Source: Candidatus Omnitrophota bacterium
GTDB taxonomy: Bacteria > Omnitrophota > Gorgyraeia > Gygaellales > Profunditerraquicolaceae
Length of the DNA stretch: 64,000 nt
Reading direction: 5' to 3'
Assembly: GCA_016208765.1 (NCBI GenBank)
Contig: JACQXK010000001.1
Coordinates: forward strand, 64,218 to 128,217
Shown: positions 38,191-47,711 of the stretch, one piece after another
Position numbering within the stretch: position 1 is the stretch's first letter
How the letters are laid out: the number at the start of each line of letters is the position of its first letter
The notes under the pieces: model-generated
What the model saw: the letters and a program-made list of their open reading frames with translations, nothing else
Told to the model about the DNA's origin: nothing
Databases searched by the model: none
Program-made: the position numbers and the translations under genes

Positions 38191-39507
38191 ATGAACAGGA
38201 AGTTTAAATTTAAATTTACCGTCGGAGCACTGATAATATTCCTGATTAGTGTTATTTTGCCATCTCTTGGCTGGGCGCAGCAAGATCATACGGGGCATAT
38301 GATGTACGAAGAAGCTGCGGTTCCTATGCAGCAGATGCATATGAAAGGGCCAATTAGTTTCTATGGACAGTATCTGCATACGCGTGAGTCAAGCGGCACA
38401 AGTTGGCAGCCGGATTCTTCGCCTATGGAAGGTACGTATTTTAGCCGCGGCGGATGGGATATCATGCTTCATGGTTATGTATTCGGCATATACGATAATC
38501 AGGGAGGAAAGAGAGGCAAAGATAAAACTTTCAGCTCAAGTATGTTCATGTTGATGGCTGATCACAAGACCTCTGTTGGGACTTTTGGATTTAGAAACAT
38601 GCTTTCTCTTGATCCGTTAATGGGTAAAAAGGGTTATCCGCTGTTATTTCAAACAGGAGAGACATACGATGGCATCCATCCTTTAATAGACAGGCAGCAT
38701 CCGCATGATTTTTTTATGGAAGAGGCTTTGACATATAGTTTACCGCTTTCTGAAAAAAGTTCTTTGTTTGGATATTTTGGGCTGCCCGGAGAGCCGGCTT
38801 TGGGCCCTCCTGCTTTTATGCACCGTTTTTCTGCGATGGATAATCCTGAGGCTCCGCTTGGACACCATTGGCCGGATTCAACGCATATCACTTTTGGGGT
38901 TATTACTTTGGGTTATGTCCTTGATAAATTTAAAGTTGAAAGTTCTGTTTTTCGTGGCAGAGAGCCTAATCAAAACCGTTGGGATATAGAATCTCCTAAG
39001 TTTGATTCTTATTCCGGCAGGATTACGTTTAACCCTGATAAAAACCTTTCTTTCCAGGCAAGTTATGGCTATCTTGATAGCCCTGAGCAACTTGAGCCAA
39101 ATGTAAACGTCGGAAGAACCACAATTTCTGCGATGTATAACCGTGATATAAAAAACGGTAATTGGCAGACGACATTTGCCTGGGGTTACAATAATAAATT
39201 GCCCGGCCTTGCTACAAATGCATTCCTTCTTGAGTCGGCAATTAATTTTATGAAATCGCATACTGTATTTTCACGTTTTGAATACGTTCAGAAGGATGAA
39301 CTTTTTGTAGAGGATGATCCGATGGCTGGGAAAAGTTATGATGTCAAGAAATTTACATTAGGATATATTTATGATTTTCTGCACTTAAAAGGAATTGATG
39401 CCGGTATCGGTAGTTCTTTTGATCTGCATTTTATATCGGATGCTTTAGAAGAAGTATATTCACATACCCCTAAATCTTTTATGGTATTTGTACGGGTAAA
39501 ATTATAA
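38191..39507 (+). CDS. Secreted / outer-membrane protein with a His/Met-rich N-terminus
   Basis: Signal peptide; SGTSWQP, QTGET, DRQHPHD, GEPALGP..FMHR, HHW.DSTHI; alternating beta-strand C-terminus. Confidence 0.7.
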   Translation: MNRKFKFKFTVGALIIFLISVILPSLGWAQQDHTGHMMYEEAAVPMQQMHMKGPISFYGQYLHTRESSGTSWQPDSSPMEGTYFSRGGWDIMLHGYVFGIYDNQGGKRGKDKTFSSSMFMLMADHKTSVGTFGFRNMLSLDPLMGKKGYPLLFQTGETYDGIHPLIDRQHPHDFFMEEALTYSLPLSEKSSLFGYFGLPGEPALGPPAFMHRFSAMDNPEAPLGHHWPDSTHITFGVITLGYVLDKFKVESSVFRGREPNQNRWDIESPKFDSYSGRITFNPDKNLSFQASYGYLDSPEQLEPNVNVGRTTISAMYNRDIKNGNWQTTFAWGYNNKLPGLATNAFLLESAINFMKSHTVFSRFEYVQKDELFVEDDPMAGKSYDVKKFTLGYIYDFLHLKGIDAGIGSSFDLHFISDALEEVYSHTPKSFMVFVRVKL

Positions 39508-39529
39508 AACTAAAGGCGGTTTGATTAGG

Positions 39530-40174
39530 ATGAGATGTGTAGACTTGATAATTTTTGATTTAGATGGCACGCTTGTTGATTCAAGGTCCCAGATAGCCAA
39601 CGCTGTCAATTTTACCTTAAGGGCCTTAAACATTGAGGAGCGGCCATTTGAAGAGATAACTTCTTTTATAGGCATGGGTGCGAGAGATTTGCTAAGAAGA
39701 TCCCTTAGAAAAGAGAATGCACAATTATTGAATGAAGCAGTTATTACGTTTCAGAATTATTACAAAATTCACTCTCCGGGCCATGCGTCGCTTTACCCGC
39801 ATGTAATAGAGACTCTGGAATATTTTAAAGATAAAATAAAGATTATCATCACAAATAGCCCAAAGGCAACGGCTGAGCAGATTTTGTTTAATTCCGGCAT
39901 TGATAAATATTTTAAGGATATTATCGGAGGGGATGATGAATCCTGCCAGAAACCATCTGCTTGTTCTCTTAACAAGTCCTCGTATTATTTAAAAAACAGC
40001 AAGGACAAAATTATTATCGTAGGAGACATGGATATAGATGTTATAACGGGGAAAAGTGCTGGAATATTAACTTGCGCGGTAACTTATGGTATAGGTAAAA
40101 AGAAAGATTTGGTAAAAGCCGGCCCTGATTATATGATAGATGATATTATCCAGCTTAAGGAAATCATAAAATGA
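39530..40174 (+). CDS. HAD hydrolase, phosphoglycolate phosphatase-like
   Basis: IFDLDGTLVDS, ITN, KP, VGD...D. Confidence 0.9.
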   Translation: MRCVDLIIFDLDGTLVDSRSQIANAVNFTLRALNIEERPFEEITSFIGMGARDLLRRSLRKENAQLLNEAVITFQNYYKIHSPGHASLYPHVIETLEYFKDKIKIIITNSPKATAEQILFNSGIDKYFKDIIGGDDESCQKPSACSLNKSSYYLKNSKDKIIIVGDMDIDVITGKSAGILTCAVTYGIGKKKDLVKAGPDYMIDDIIQLKEIIK

Positions 40175-40608
40175 ATGAATATTTAAAAATAGCTGTTGAA
40201 GAAGCAAGGATTGGGTTAAAAGAGGGAGGCGTCCCCATAGGCTCAGTTATTGTCTATGAGGGTAAAATAATTGGGCACGGGCATAACAGGCGCGTTCAAA
40301 ATGGCAGTGCAATCTTGCACGCTGAAATGGCTGCTTTAGAAAATGCCGGACGCCTGACGGCATCTGTATATAAACATTGTACGCTCTATACAACTCTTTC
40401 TCCTTGCGCAATGTGTTCAGGAGCTATAATCCTTTATAAAATTCCGCGTGTTGTTATCGGGGAAAATAAAACATTTATGGGCGAGGAAGATCTTTTGCGT
40501 GAAAAAGGTATAAATGTTGAGGTTTTACAAGATGAAACCTGCATTTTACTTATGAGGAATTTTATTAAGGATAACCCTGGGCTTTGGAATGAAGATATCG
40601 GTATATAG
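40171..40608 (+). CDS. Zinc-dependent nucleobase deaminase (cytosine deaminase-like)
   Basis: GGVPIGS, LHAE, SPCAMC, WNEDIG. Confidence 0.9.
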   Translation: MNEYLKIAVEEARIGLKEGGVPIGSVIVYEGKIIGHGHNRRVQNGSAILHAEMAALENAGRLTASVYKHCTLYTTLSPCAMCSGAIILYKIPRVVIGENKTFMGEEDLLREKGINVEVLQDETCILLMRNFIKDNPGLWNEDIGI

Positions 40609-40716
40609 GCTTAAGGACAGTAGAAACATTTGTTTGGGATTTTTTTGTAGTGGATTAAGGTTCGGAAAATCGGTCGATTTTCGCAATCGGTTGGATAATT
40701 AACAAGGAGGTGTAAA

Positions 40717-41112
40717 ATGGCAGATTTTAAAGATTTGCTTCAAAGCGCGGATTGGAAAACAGAGAAACATGTTCCAGTGGTGGAGTCTCCGGTTGCCGTA
40801 AAAAAGGGAGAGTTTTTCAGGATTACGGTGAAAGTTGGCAAGGAAATTCAGCATCCAAATAAGACTGAACATCATATTCGCTGGATAGCGGTTTATTTCC
40901 AGCCTGAAGGGGAGAAATTCCCATATCAAATCGGCAAGGCAGAATTCAGCGCTCACGGGGAGTCTGTTAATGGGTCGGATACAAGTACAGTATATACGCA
41001 TCCTGAAGTGGTTTTGAATTTTAAAACGGACAAATCCGGCACGATTTTTGCATCCAGCTATTGCAATATACACGGATTATGGCAGAGCGTTAAAGAGCTT
41101 AAGGTTGGGTAA
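40717..41112 (+). CDS. Superoxide reductase (neelaredoxin type)
   Basis: EKHVP, HP...EHHIRWI, YCNIHGLW. Confidence 0.92.
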   Translation: MADFKDLLQSADWKTEKHVPVVESPVAVKKGEFFRITVKVGKEIQHPNKTEHHIRWIAVYFQPEGEKFPYQIGKAEFSAHGESVNGSDTSTVYTHPEVVLNFKTDKSGTIFASSYCNIHGLWQSVKELKVG

Positions 41113-41250
41113 TTGTTACCATGCTAAAAACTTAGCCAAACAATCTATTTTATTGAATTACTATAAATTTGTGCTATTTTATTTAAATCTGGCCATGTCT
41201 TAAATCAAGCCAGAATAAATCCAAATAATGGAAAAGAGGAGGTGAGACGA

Positions 41251-41652
41251 ATGAAAAAAGCGTTGTTAATTGCAGTAGTTTTTTGTTTTATTGCAGCTTT
41301 AGCTTTTGCTCAAGGTGATACAACGTCAGCTCCTGTAACTGCATCTGTGCCTGTTGCTGGCCAAACCCTGATACTTAAGGGAGATATTATTGATAATATG
41401 TGCGCGGATGCACATAAAGATTCTTTGGCAGATTTTGTAAAGACCCATACAAAGCAATGTGCTATAGCTCCCGGATGTATTGAGAGCGGGTATTCTATTT
41501 TTGCCGATGGCAAGCTTTATAAGTTTGACAAGGATTCAAGCGCAAAAGTAGCAGAATTCCTGAAGAAAGAAGACAGCAATTTACAGGTAATGATAAACGC
41601 TAAAGACGTGAATGGAGAGCTCAGCTTAATTTCCATAGAAAACCAGAAATAA
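41251..41652 (+). CDS. Secreted hypothetical protein
   Basis: Signal peptide AFA-Q; IIDNMC, HTKQCA...C..SGY. Confidence 0.7.
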   Translation: MKKALLIAVVFCFIAALAFAQGDTTSAPVTASVPVAGQTLILKGDIIDNMCADAHKDSLADFVKTHTKQCAIAPGCIESGYSIFADGKLYKFDKDSSAKVAEFLKKEDSNLQVMINAKDVNGELSLISIENQK

Positions 41653-41674
41653 TTGTAATAATTAGCTGATATAC

Positions 41675-41712
41675 AAAAGGCCGTTTTTCTATTTTAGAGA
41701 AATGGCCTTTTT
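41675..41712 (+). terminator. Intrinsic terminator
   Basis: AAAAGGCCGTTTTTCTA/TAGAGAAATGGCCTTTT. Confidence 0.75.
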
Positions 41713-41735
41713 GTTGTACTTCCAGCAATCGTAAC

Positions 41736-41845
41736 CAGTTAGTAAACGGGGATAATATTGTCATGCCCGCGAAAGCGGGCATCCAGGCGTTCCTGTAGCT
41801 GGATTCCCGCTTACGCGGGAATGACTTACCCCCCCCAGTAACTGA
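41736..41845. repeat. MITE/REPIN-like element, copy A
   Basis: Inverted pair of GTCAT(G/T)CCCGC..GCGGG(C/A)ATCCAG units within imperfect termini CAGTTAGT...AGTAACTG; near-identical to 47499-47629. Confidence 0.8.
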
Positions 41846-41864
41846 TACAAATCAAAGATTATGA

Positions 41865-41964
41865 TTGTAAAAACCAGAGAATATGGTAAACTTAATAAGT
41901 CGTGTTAAGTTTAGCGAATCTTAAGCCGTAAAGGGGCAGGTCTTCTAACCTTTACGGTTTCTTT
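41865..41964 (+). promoter_or_regulatory. Promoter plus conserved leader/attenuator motif, copy 2 (before the acyltransferase)
   Basis: TTGTAA-16-TAAACT with TGn; TTAGCGAATCTTAA GCCGTAAAGG ggcaggtcttctaa CCTTTACGGT TTCTTT. Confidence 0.72.
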
Positions 41965-41983
41965 ATGTGGAAAAGGATTAAGC

Positions 41984-42700
41984 ATGAAACAAAGCATTCA
42001 ATCACTGGTTATTTGGTTTGTGGGTATTTTTCTAACAGTATTGTTATTTTTTGTCATGGCATTCATTTCGCTGGTACTTTTTCCTTTTGACAGAAAACGC
42101 AAGCTTGCGCATGCGCAATGTTTCTGGTGGACAGACGCAGTTACTGCTTTAAACCCTTATTGGGATGTTAAAATTGAAGGGCTTGATAATATTGATAATA
42201 AAAAGACATACGTAGCTGTTTCTAATCATCAGAGTTTGGCGGATATTGTGTTAATGTATAAGACCAGGATGCAGTTTAAGTGGGTTGCTAAAGAGAGCCT
42301 TTTTAAGATCCCTGTTTTAGGCTGGAATATGCAGCTTGCTAAGCATATTATGTTAAAGAGGGGCGAATTTTCAAGCATAAAAAAAGTTTATCAGGAGGCG
42401 AGCGATTGGCTTCGCGGGGGTGTTTCAGTGGTGTTTTTCCCTGAGGGGACAAGAAACGATAATTTAGGGATAGGTGAATTCCACAACGGGGCATTTAAAT
42501 TAGCCATAAAGGAAAAGGTTTCAATTTTACCTATACTCATACAGGGAACGCGAGATGCTATCCCAAAAGGAAGCTGGCGTTTTACAACAAAAGTTTCTTG
42601 TTTGATTAAAGTTTTACCTCCGGTAGATACTTCTACGTATCTTTCTTCTGATTGTAATCTTTTGCGCGATTTTGTACGTAGTCAGTTATGTGAAAATTAA
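41984..42700 (+). CDS. plsC: 1-acyl-sn-glycerol-3-phosphate acyltransferase family protein
   Basis: NHQSLAD, AKESLF, FFPEGTR, GAFKLA. Confidence 0.9.
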   Translation: MKQSIQSLVIWFVGIFLTVLLFFVMAFISLVLFPFDRKRKLAHAQCFWWTDAVTALNPYWDVKIEGLDNIDNKKTYVAVSNHQSLADIVLMYKTRMQFKWVAKESLFKIPVLGWNMQLAKHIMLKRGEFSSIKKVYQEASDWLRGGVSVVFFPEGTRNDNLGIGEFHNGAFKLAIKEKVSILPILIQGTRDAIPKGSWRFTTKVSCLIKVLPPVDTSTYLSSDCNLLRDFVRSQLCEN

Positions 42701-42835
42701 TAATTAGTTTATTTTTACAGAGAATAAACTTGATAATATTCTGCATTGCGTTATAATTAATGCAATTGTAAGAAACTTCATATATTCCTACCTAGTTCTA
42801 ATGTCCGGTAAAATCTTGAATTAAATAGATTTACT

Positions 42836-43243
42836 ATGATTAGCCCAGTGAAGGAAAATTTTTTACGGGAACAGATACTGAGGCTGGGAGTGCGAGAAGA
42901 AGATATAACAGAGAAGTTTGTTCGCTCCCGCGGCCCGGGTGGGCAGAATGTTAATAAGGTCTCAACCTGTGTGCACTTAAAGCATCTTCCGACCGGAATA
43001 GAGGTTAAATGCCAGGAGGGCCGTTCTCAGGCGCAGAACAGGCTTTTGGCCCGGCAGATTTTATTAAATAAAATTGAAGCCGTATTTTCCAAGAATGTTT
43101 CTGAAGAAAAAAGCCGCCTTGAAAAAATCCGCAGGCAGAGCCGCAAAAGGAGCCTTCGGGCAAAAATAAAGATTTTGGAATCAAAGCGCAGGCATTCTAT
43201 GAAAAAGTCTTTTCGCGCCCGGGTAAGTGAATTTTCCGAGTGA
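42836..43243 (+). CDS. arfB: Alternative ribosome-rescue peptidyl-tRNA hydrolase (YaeJ-like)
   Basis: GPGGQNVNK, RSQAQNR, basic C-terminal tail. Confidence 0.8.
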   Translation: MISPVKENFLREQILRLGVREEDITEKFVRSRGPGGQNVNKVSTCVHLKHLPTGIEVKCQEGRSQAQNRLLARQILLNKIEAVFSKNVSEEKSRLEKIRRQSRKRSLRAKIKILESKRRHSMKKSFRARVSEFSE

Positions 43244-43294
43244 TGCCGGTATAGTAATTTTAAAAATGAAATCGTAAAAGAGAAAGGGTTTAGG

Positions 43295-44341
43295 ATGAAC
43301 ATTTTTGTCGGTAATTTGTTGTTTGATGCTGTTGAAGCTGATGTAAAGAAACTTTTTGAAGGTTTTGGAAAAGTTGATTCAGTGGTGATCGTGATGCAAA
43401 AGGATGGCAAGAAATCAAGGGGTTTTGCTTTTGTGGAGATGCTTGATGAGCAGGAAGCTCGGGCTGCAATAGCTGCATTAAACGGAAATGAATTTATGGG
43501 AAGGGTGCTTAATGTTGAGGCAGGCAGGCCTAAATCAGAATCAGATGGCCAAGATAGAAAGAAGAGAAAAAAGCCGGTTAATGCTGATGTTGAATTTCAG
43601 CAGCAAGGTACGGAGCCCGAAGGTAAAGAAGAAATAAATTATAATAAGGCTCAATTTAATCAGGCCCGCCCGAATAAAAGCGGTTATAGCAGGTATAAAG
43701 AAGGAAGGCGTTCGCGTGGATATATGATGCGCAGGAGTGCGGCTGGGGCAACTGAGCTGGCTGCGCCTGAGCGTAAAAGGAAAGATAATCCTATGCGTTG
43801 GCGTAAGAATTCAACATATTCATCTTCAAGGCCTTGGAAAAAGACCTCTGGTGAGGCTGGGTCTTTTCAGAAGGATCAGGGTGAGCGCAAGCCATTGGGT
43901 AAACCTGTTGGTGAACATGGGCCTTATCAGAAAAACCAAGGTGAACGCCGGCCTTGGAGCAAGCCTGCCGGAGAACCCAGGCCATTTGGAAGGCCTTCTA
44001 CTGGTGAGCATAGGCCTTTTCGCAAAGATCAGGGTGAACGCAGGCCTTGGAGTAAACCTGCCGGAGAATCCAAATCGTTTGGAAAGCCGACTGCTGGAGA
44101 GTTTAAGCCCTGGAGAAGAAGTGAAGCTGGGGATAGGCCTTGGAAAAGAGCTGAAGGAGAAGCAAAGCCCTGGAGAAAGACCGAAGGAGAAGCAAGGCCT
44201 TGGAGAAAGACCGAAGGAGAAGCAAAGCCTTGGAGAAAAGCTTCAGGAGATTCTGCAGCAAGGCAAAAGCCTAAAGGTGGCTCTGGATTTAGGGGCCCCA
44301 GGAGGTCTTCTGGAATCAAAAGAAGTTGGAATAAGAGTTGA
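43295..44341 (+). CDS. RRM RNA-binding protein with a long repetitive basic tail
   Basis: IFVGNL (RNP2), RGFAFVEM (RNP1); tail of ~10-aa GE.(K/R)PW(R/K)K repeats. Confidence 0.9.
   Translation: MNIFVGNLLFDAVEADVKKLFEGFGKVDSVVIVMQKDGKKSRGFAFVEMLDEQEARAAIAALNGNEFMGRVLNVEAGRPKSESDGQDRKKRKKPVNADVEFQQQGTEPEGKEEINYNKAQFNQARPNKSGYSRYKEGRRSRGYMMRRSAAGATELAAPERKRKDNPMRWRKNSTYSSSRPWKKTSGEAGSFQKDQGERKPLGKPVGEHGPYQKNQGERRPWSKPAGEPRPFGRPSTGEHRPFRKDQGERRPWSKPAGESKSFGKPTAGEFKPWRRSEAGDRPWKRAEGEAKPWRKTEGEARPWRKTEGEAKPWRKASGDSAARQKPKGGSGFRGPRRSSGIKRSWNKS
44153..44240 (+). repeat. 30-bp coding tandem repeat, about 3 copies
   Basis: GAAGGAGAAGCAA(A/G)GCC(C/T)TGGAGAAAGACC units. Confidence 0.85.
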
Positions 44342-44436
44342 CAAGGCACGGTAATGTGCTAATATATAGGTAATGAAAGATTAGAAGATAATAGGCCGCA
44401 AAGGGCATATACGCTAACCTTTGCGGCTTTTCTTTT
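44338..44436 (+). promoter_or_regulatory. Promoter plus conserved leader/attenuator motif, copy 3 (before small ORF and DEAD-box helicase)
   Basis: TTGACA-16-TAATAT with TGn; TTAGAAGATAATAG GCCGCAAAGG gcatatacgctaa CCTTTGCGGC TTTTCTTTT. Confidence 0.75.
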
Positions 44437-44476
44437 GGGTTAGTTTAATTAAGATGCGTAAATTAAAGGAGTAGCT

Positions 44477-44620
44477 ATTAAAAAGGTGAGAGTTTCGGCT
44501 AAGGGCAGAAAATGTAAATATCCGCTTTGTAAGCACATCTTAAGTATTTACAATCATGAAACCTATTGTCATGTTCATCTCGGTATGGCTGTTCAGAAGC
44601 AAAAAGTTAAGGGAGCTTAA
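44477..44620 (+). CDS. Small putative zinc-binding protein (C-x4-C-x12-C-x2-H); start uncertain
   Basis: RKCKYPLCKHILSIYNHETYCHVH; AAGGAG precedes ATT (44477) and GTG (44486). Confidence 0.6.
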   Translation: MKKVRVSAKGRKCKYPLCKHILSIYNHETYCHVHLGMAVQKQKVKGA

Positions 44621-44625
44621 GAAAT

Positions 44626-45882
44626 ATGATGCAAAAACAAAGTAGTCAGAATAATCCTTCGCAAAATCACAATCAAGGAGAGCACAGTTTTTATGGGTTG
44701 GGTATTGCGCCTAAGATCCTTGAGATTTTAGGTTCTATTAAATTTAAGGTACCGACACCGATTCAGTTTAAGGCGATACCTTTGGCGCTTGAAGGTAAAG
44801 ATGTAATTGGTATTGCTCAGACCGGAACAGGAAAGACGCATTCATTTGCTATACCTATGGTGCAGCGTCTTATGCAGGTAAAAGGAATTGGTTTAGTTTT
44901 AGCGCCTACGCGTGAATTGGCGATTCAGATTGAAGAGGCTTTTCAGGGCATAGCTCATGCACTCGGGATTAAAACAGCTTGCCTTATTGGCGGGGCTTCT
45001 ATGCATGATCAAGTGCAGGCCTTACGAAGAAATCCACGAGTGGTAATAGCTACTCCCGGTAGGTTATTGGATCATGCTTCACATTGGAATTTTATGCCGG
45101 ATACTGTGTCCATGCTTGTGCTTGATGAGGCTGACCGTATGCTTGATATGGGTTTCGCTCCTCAGATAGACAAGATCCTGCGCTTCTTGCCAAAGGACAG
45201 GCAGACGATGCTTTTTTCAGCGACTATTCCCAAGGAAATTATGGAAATGGTGTCTCGCCATATGAGGCTTCCTGTTAGTGTTGAGATTGCGCCCTCCGGG
45301 ACTACTGCCGAACATTTGACCCAAGAATTATTCATTGTTAAAAAAGAAGAGAAACTAAAACTTTTAGGAAGACTGTTGTTGCAGTATCACGGGTCAGTGC
45401 TTTTGTTTTCACGTACAAAACATAATGCAAGAAAAATTGCCATTGCAGTAAGAAGCATGGGGCATAGTTCTTCAGAAATACACTCTAACCGTTCGTTGAA
45501 CCAGCGTCGTGAGGCATTAGAGGGATTTAAAACCGGAAAATACAAGGTATTAGTTGCAACTGATATTGCAGCAAGAGGCATTGATGTCAGCGGGGTTGAG
45601 CTGGTGATCAATTTTGACCTTCCTGAAGACCCTGAGAATTATGTACATAGGATTGGGCGTACTGCCCGGGCAGGGCACAAGGGGCATGCGATTTCTTTTG
45701 CTACCCCTGACCAGAGTTCTGATGTCAGGGATATTGAGAAGTTGATCCGGACCACGCTTCCTATTTCAAAACATCCTGCGATATCCGCAGAACAATTTTC
45801 AAAATCTACAGTTCATTCCTCGGAAAGAAAGCATAAATTCCACGGCTTTCGTCACAAAGGGCACAGGAATAACCGCCGCTAA
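44626..45882 (+). CDS. DEAD-box RNA helicase (RhlE-like)
   Basis: AQTGTGKT, PTRELA, TPGRL, DEAD, SAT, ARGID, HRIGRTAR. Confidence 0.95.
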   Translation: MMQKQSSQNNPSQNHNQGEHSFYGLGIAPKILEILGSIKFKVPTPIQFKAIPLALEGKDVIGIAQTGTGKTHSFAIPMVQRLMQVKGIGLVLAPTRELAIQIEEAFQGIAHALGIKTACLIGGASMHDQVQALRRNPRVVIATPGRLLDHASHWNFMPDTVSMLVLDEADRMLDMGFAPQIDKILRFLPKDRQTMLFSATIPKEIMEMVSRHMRLPVSVEIAPSGTTAEHLTQELFIVKKEEKLKLLGRLLLQYHGSVLLFSRTKHNARKIAIAVRSMGHSSSEIHSNRSLNQRREALEGFKTGKYKVLVATDIAARGIDVSGVELVINFDLPEDPENYVHRIGRTARAGHKGHAISFATPDQSSDVRDIEKLIRTTLPISKHPAISAEQFSKSTVHSSERKHKFHGFRHKGHRNNRR

Positions 45883-45925
45883 TTTATTTATAGAAATAAT
45901 TGGCAAGTAGTGTGTAATCCATATC

Positions 45926-45985
45926 TAGTCATTCTGAACGAGCCACGCGCGTGAAGAATCTAGATAATTGAGATTCTTTGCTTCA
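45926..45985. repeat. Degenerate REP-like palindrome
   Basis: GTCATTCTGAACG...GAAGAATCT...AGATTCTTTGC between convergent genes. Confidence 0.5.
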
Positions 45986-45986
45986 A

Positions 45987-47402
45987 TTAAGCAGGTTGTT
46001 TTTTGTGTTTTTGTTGGCCTTTTGCAATCATGCTGATGATAATGCGTGGTGCGGTTGAGAATAGTGAAATAATCTCTGCAGGTGAAAAGAATTTTACAAT
46101 AAAGATGTTTTTCCAAAGGATTTTTACATATCTATAAGGAGTATAAAAGGTGCCTTTGATTTTCTTGCCGATTTTCTTTAATTTAGCATGGCTGAACATA
46201 TCCGAATATAGCTCGCCTCTTTCAGTAACATGATACCCGGGAGTTTCTTCGGCAATCTTTTTTAACGGGGAAAACTTCTCAATCCTTAATTTATTGCAGG
46301 TAATTGCATCAACGCCGATTTCTTTGGCAAATTTTCCGATATAAAGCATTTCTTGTTCTGTTTCGCCGATATTGCCGTAAATAAAATAACCATTGAAGAA
46401 GATGGGGTATTTTCTAAGCACGGCAAATGATTTGCGCACTGTATCTTGATCAAATCCTTTGTTAAGTTGAGTTAAAATCCAGTTGTGCGGAGATTCTATC
46501 CCGATTAAAAGTGCTTTAAAACCGGCTTTAACCATTTTTTCTAATAATCTCGGATGTTTGGCAATCTCAATTCTTGCCTGGGCGAGAAAACGTTTCTTTA
46601 TTTTACGCGCAATAATTAAATCACAAATTTCTTCCGCTCTTTTAGGGATGGCGAAAAGATTGTCATCGCTAAAAAGAACCACTCCTGCCTCTAAATTCTG
46701 GATTTCGTTTACTACGGATTCTACATTTCGGCAAACATAATTTCTTTTTTGCCCTAAGGGGTTCAAACTGAAAGTGCAAAATTTACAGTCAAAAGGGCAG
46801 CCCCGGGCGCTAAGCACTGAATCAAACATCAGATTTGCCACTTGAATGCCGTTTATGGAAAGCGGGTATTTATTGTGCCTTAAAGAACGGTCCGGGGACT
46901 CAATCGTGTTAATGTCAGGGAATGGGCGGTTGGCATTGTGGGTGATTTTTCCGTTTTCACGGTAAGAAATTCCCGGGATATCTTTCAGGTTGAGCCCGTT
47001 TAATATATCTTTTATGGTTTCTTCGCCTTCGCCTCTGACGATAATATCAATTGTGTGGCAGAGTTTAAAGAGCTCTTCAACTTTTTCAGTAGCTTTATAT
47101 CCACCGACGACTAAGGGAATATCAGCCGGCATGAGGTTTAAAAGGTGGCAGATTTCCGCGAATTGCCTGTCCCAGCCAATGGTGACGCAAATAATATCAA
47201 CATCTTTTGAGATAAAGGAAATAAGTTTGTCTGTGTCGGCGATTTCAGTTTCGTAACGCAGGTCTAAAAGGGTGATTTTCTCCACGCAACCTTTGGCGCT
47301 GGTGGCTACGTATTCTAAGCCAACAGGAGGAAAGAGCATCATCGTGTTGGTGGCGTTTCGTTCAATGTAAGGATTCAAGAAAAGCGCGTGCCGGTATTTG
47401 AT
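45987..47402 (-). CDS. Cobalamin-binding radical SAM protein
   Basis: PPVGLEY, VVGGY.AT, GEGE, ARGCPFDCKFC, IGIES; frame extends to ATC at 47402 after GAGGA (TTG at 47378 is the alternative start). Confidence 0.88.
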   Translation of the reverse strand: MKYRHALFLNPYIERNATNTMMLFPPVGLEYVATSAKGCVEKITLLDLRYETEIADTDKLISFISKDVDIICVTIGWDRQFAEICHLLNLMPADIPLVVGGYKATEKVEELFKLCHTIDIIVRGEGEETIKDILNGLNLKDIPGISYRENGKITHNANRPFPDINTIESPDRSLRHNKYPLSINGIQVANLMFDSVLSARGCPFDCKFCTFSLNPLGQKRNYVCRNVESVVNEIQNLEAGVVLFSDDNLFAIPKRAEEICDLIIARKIKKRFLAQARIEIAKHPRLLEKMVKAGFKALLIGIESPHNWILTQLNKGFDQDTVRKSFAVLRKYPIFFNGYFIYGNIGETEQEMLYIGKFAKEIGVDAITCNKLRIEKFSPLKKIAEETPGYHVTERGELYSDMFSHAKLKKIGKKIKGTFYTPYRYVKILWKNIFIVKFFSPAEIISLFSTAPRIIISMIAKGQQKHKKQPA

Positions 47403-47498
47403 TTTATCCTCTTTGGTTAGAAAATGTTTAATTTGACGTTAAACTTTACCATTAATTGCCGGATAAAGCAAGGTAAATCTGAAGTGAAATGTAATGCG

Positions 47499-47629
47499 TC
47501 AGTAAACGGGGGGGTGGGGGGGGTGGGGGTGGTGGTGGTGGATATTGTCATGCCCGCGAAAGCGGGCATCCAGGCGTTCCCGTGGCTGGATTCTTGCTTG
47601 CGCGGGAATGACTTACCCCCAGTAACTGA
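47499..47629. repeat. MITE/REPIN-like element, copy B, with a G-rich expansion
   Basis: Same core as 41736-41845, plus G7-T-G8-T-G5-(TGG)4 at 47508-47541. Confidence 0.8.
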
Positions 47630-47711
47630 CCTGTTATAGTGAAACAGAAAATGATTGATTTGGGGTCGTATAGTGGGATAATAGAAAGAAATAAAATTAG
47701 CTGATAAGGCG

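Noticed and set aside
43737-44354. 205-aa alternative-frame ORF inside the RRM gene
   Set aside because: A by-product of the repetitive coding sequence, with no RBS.
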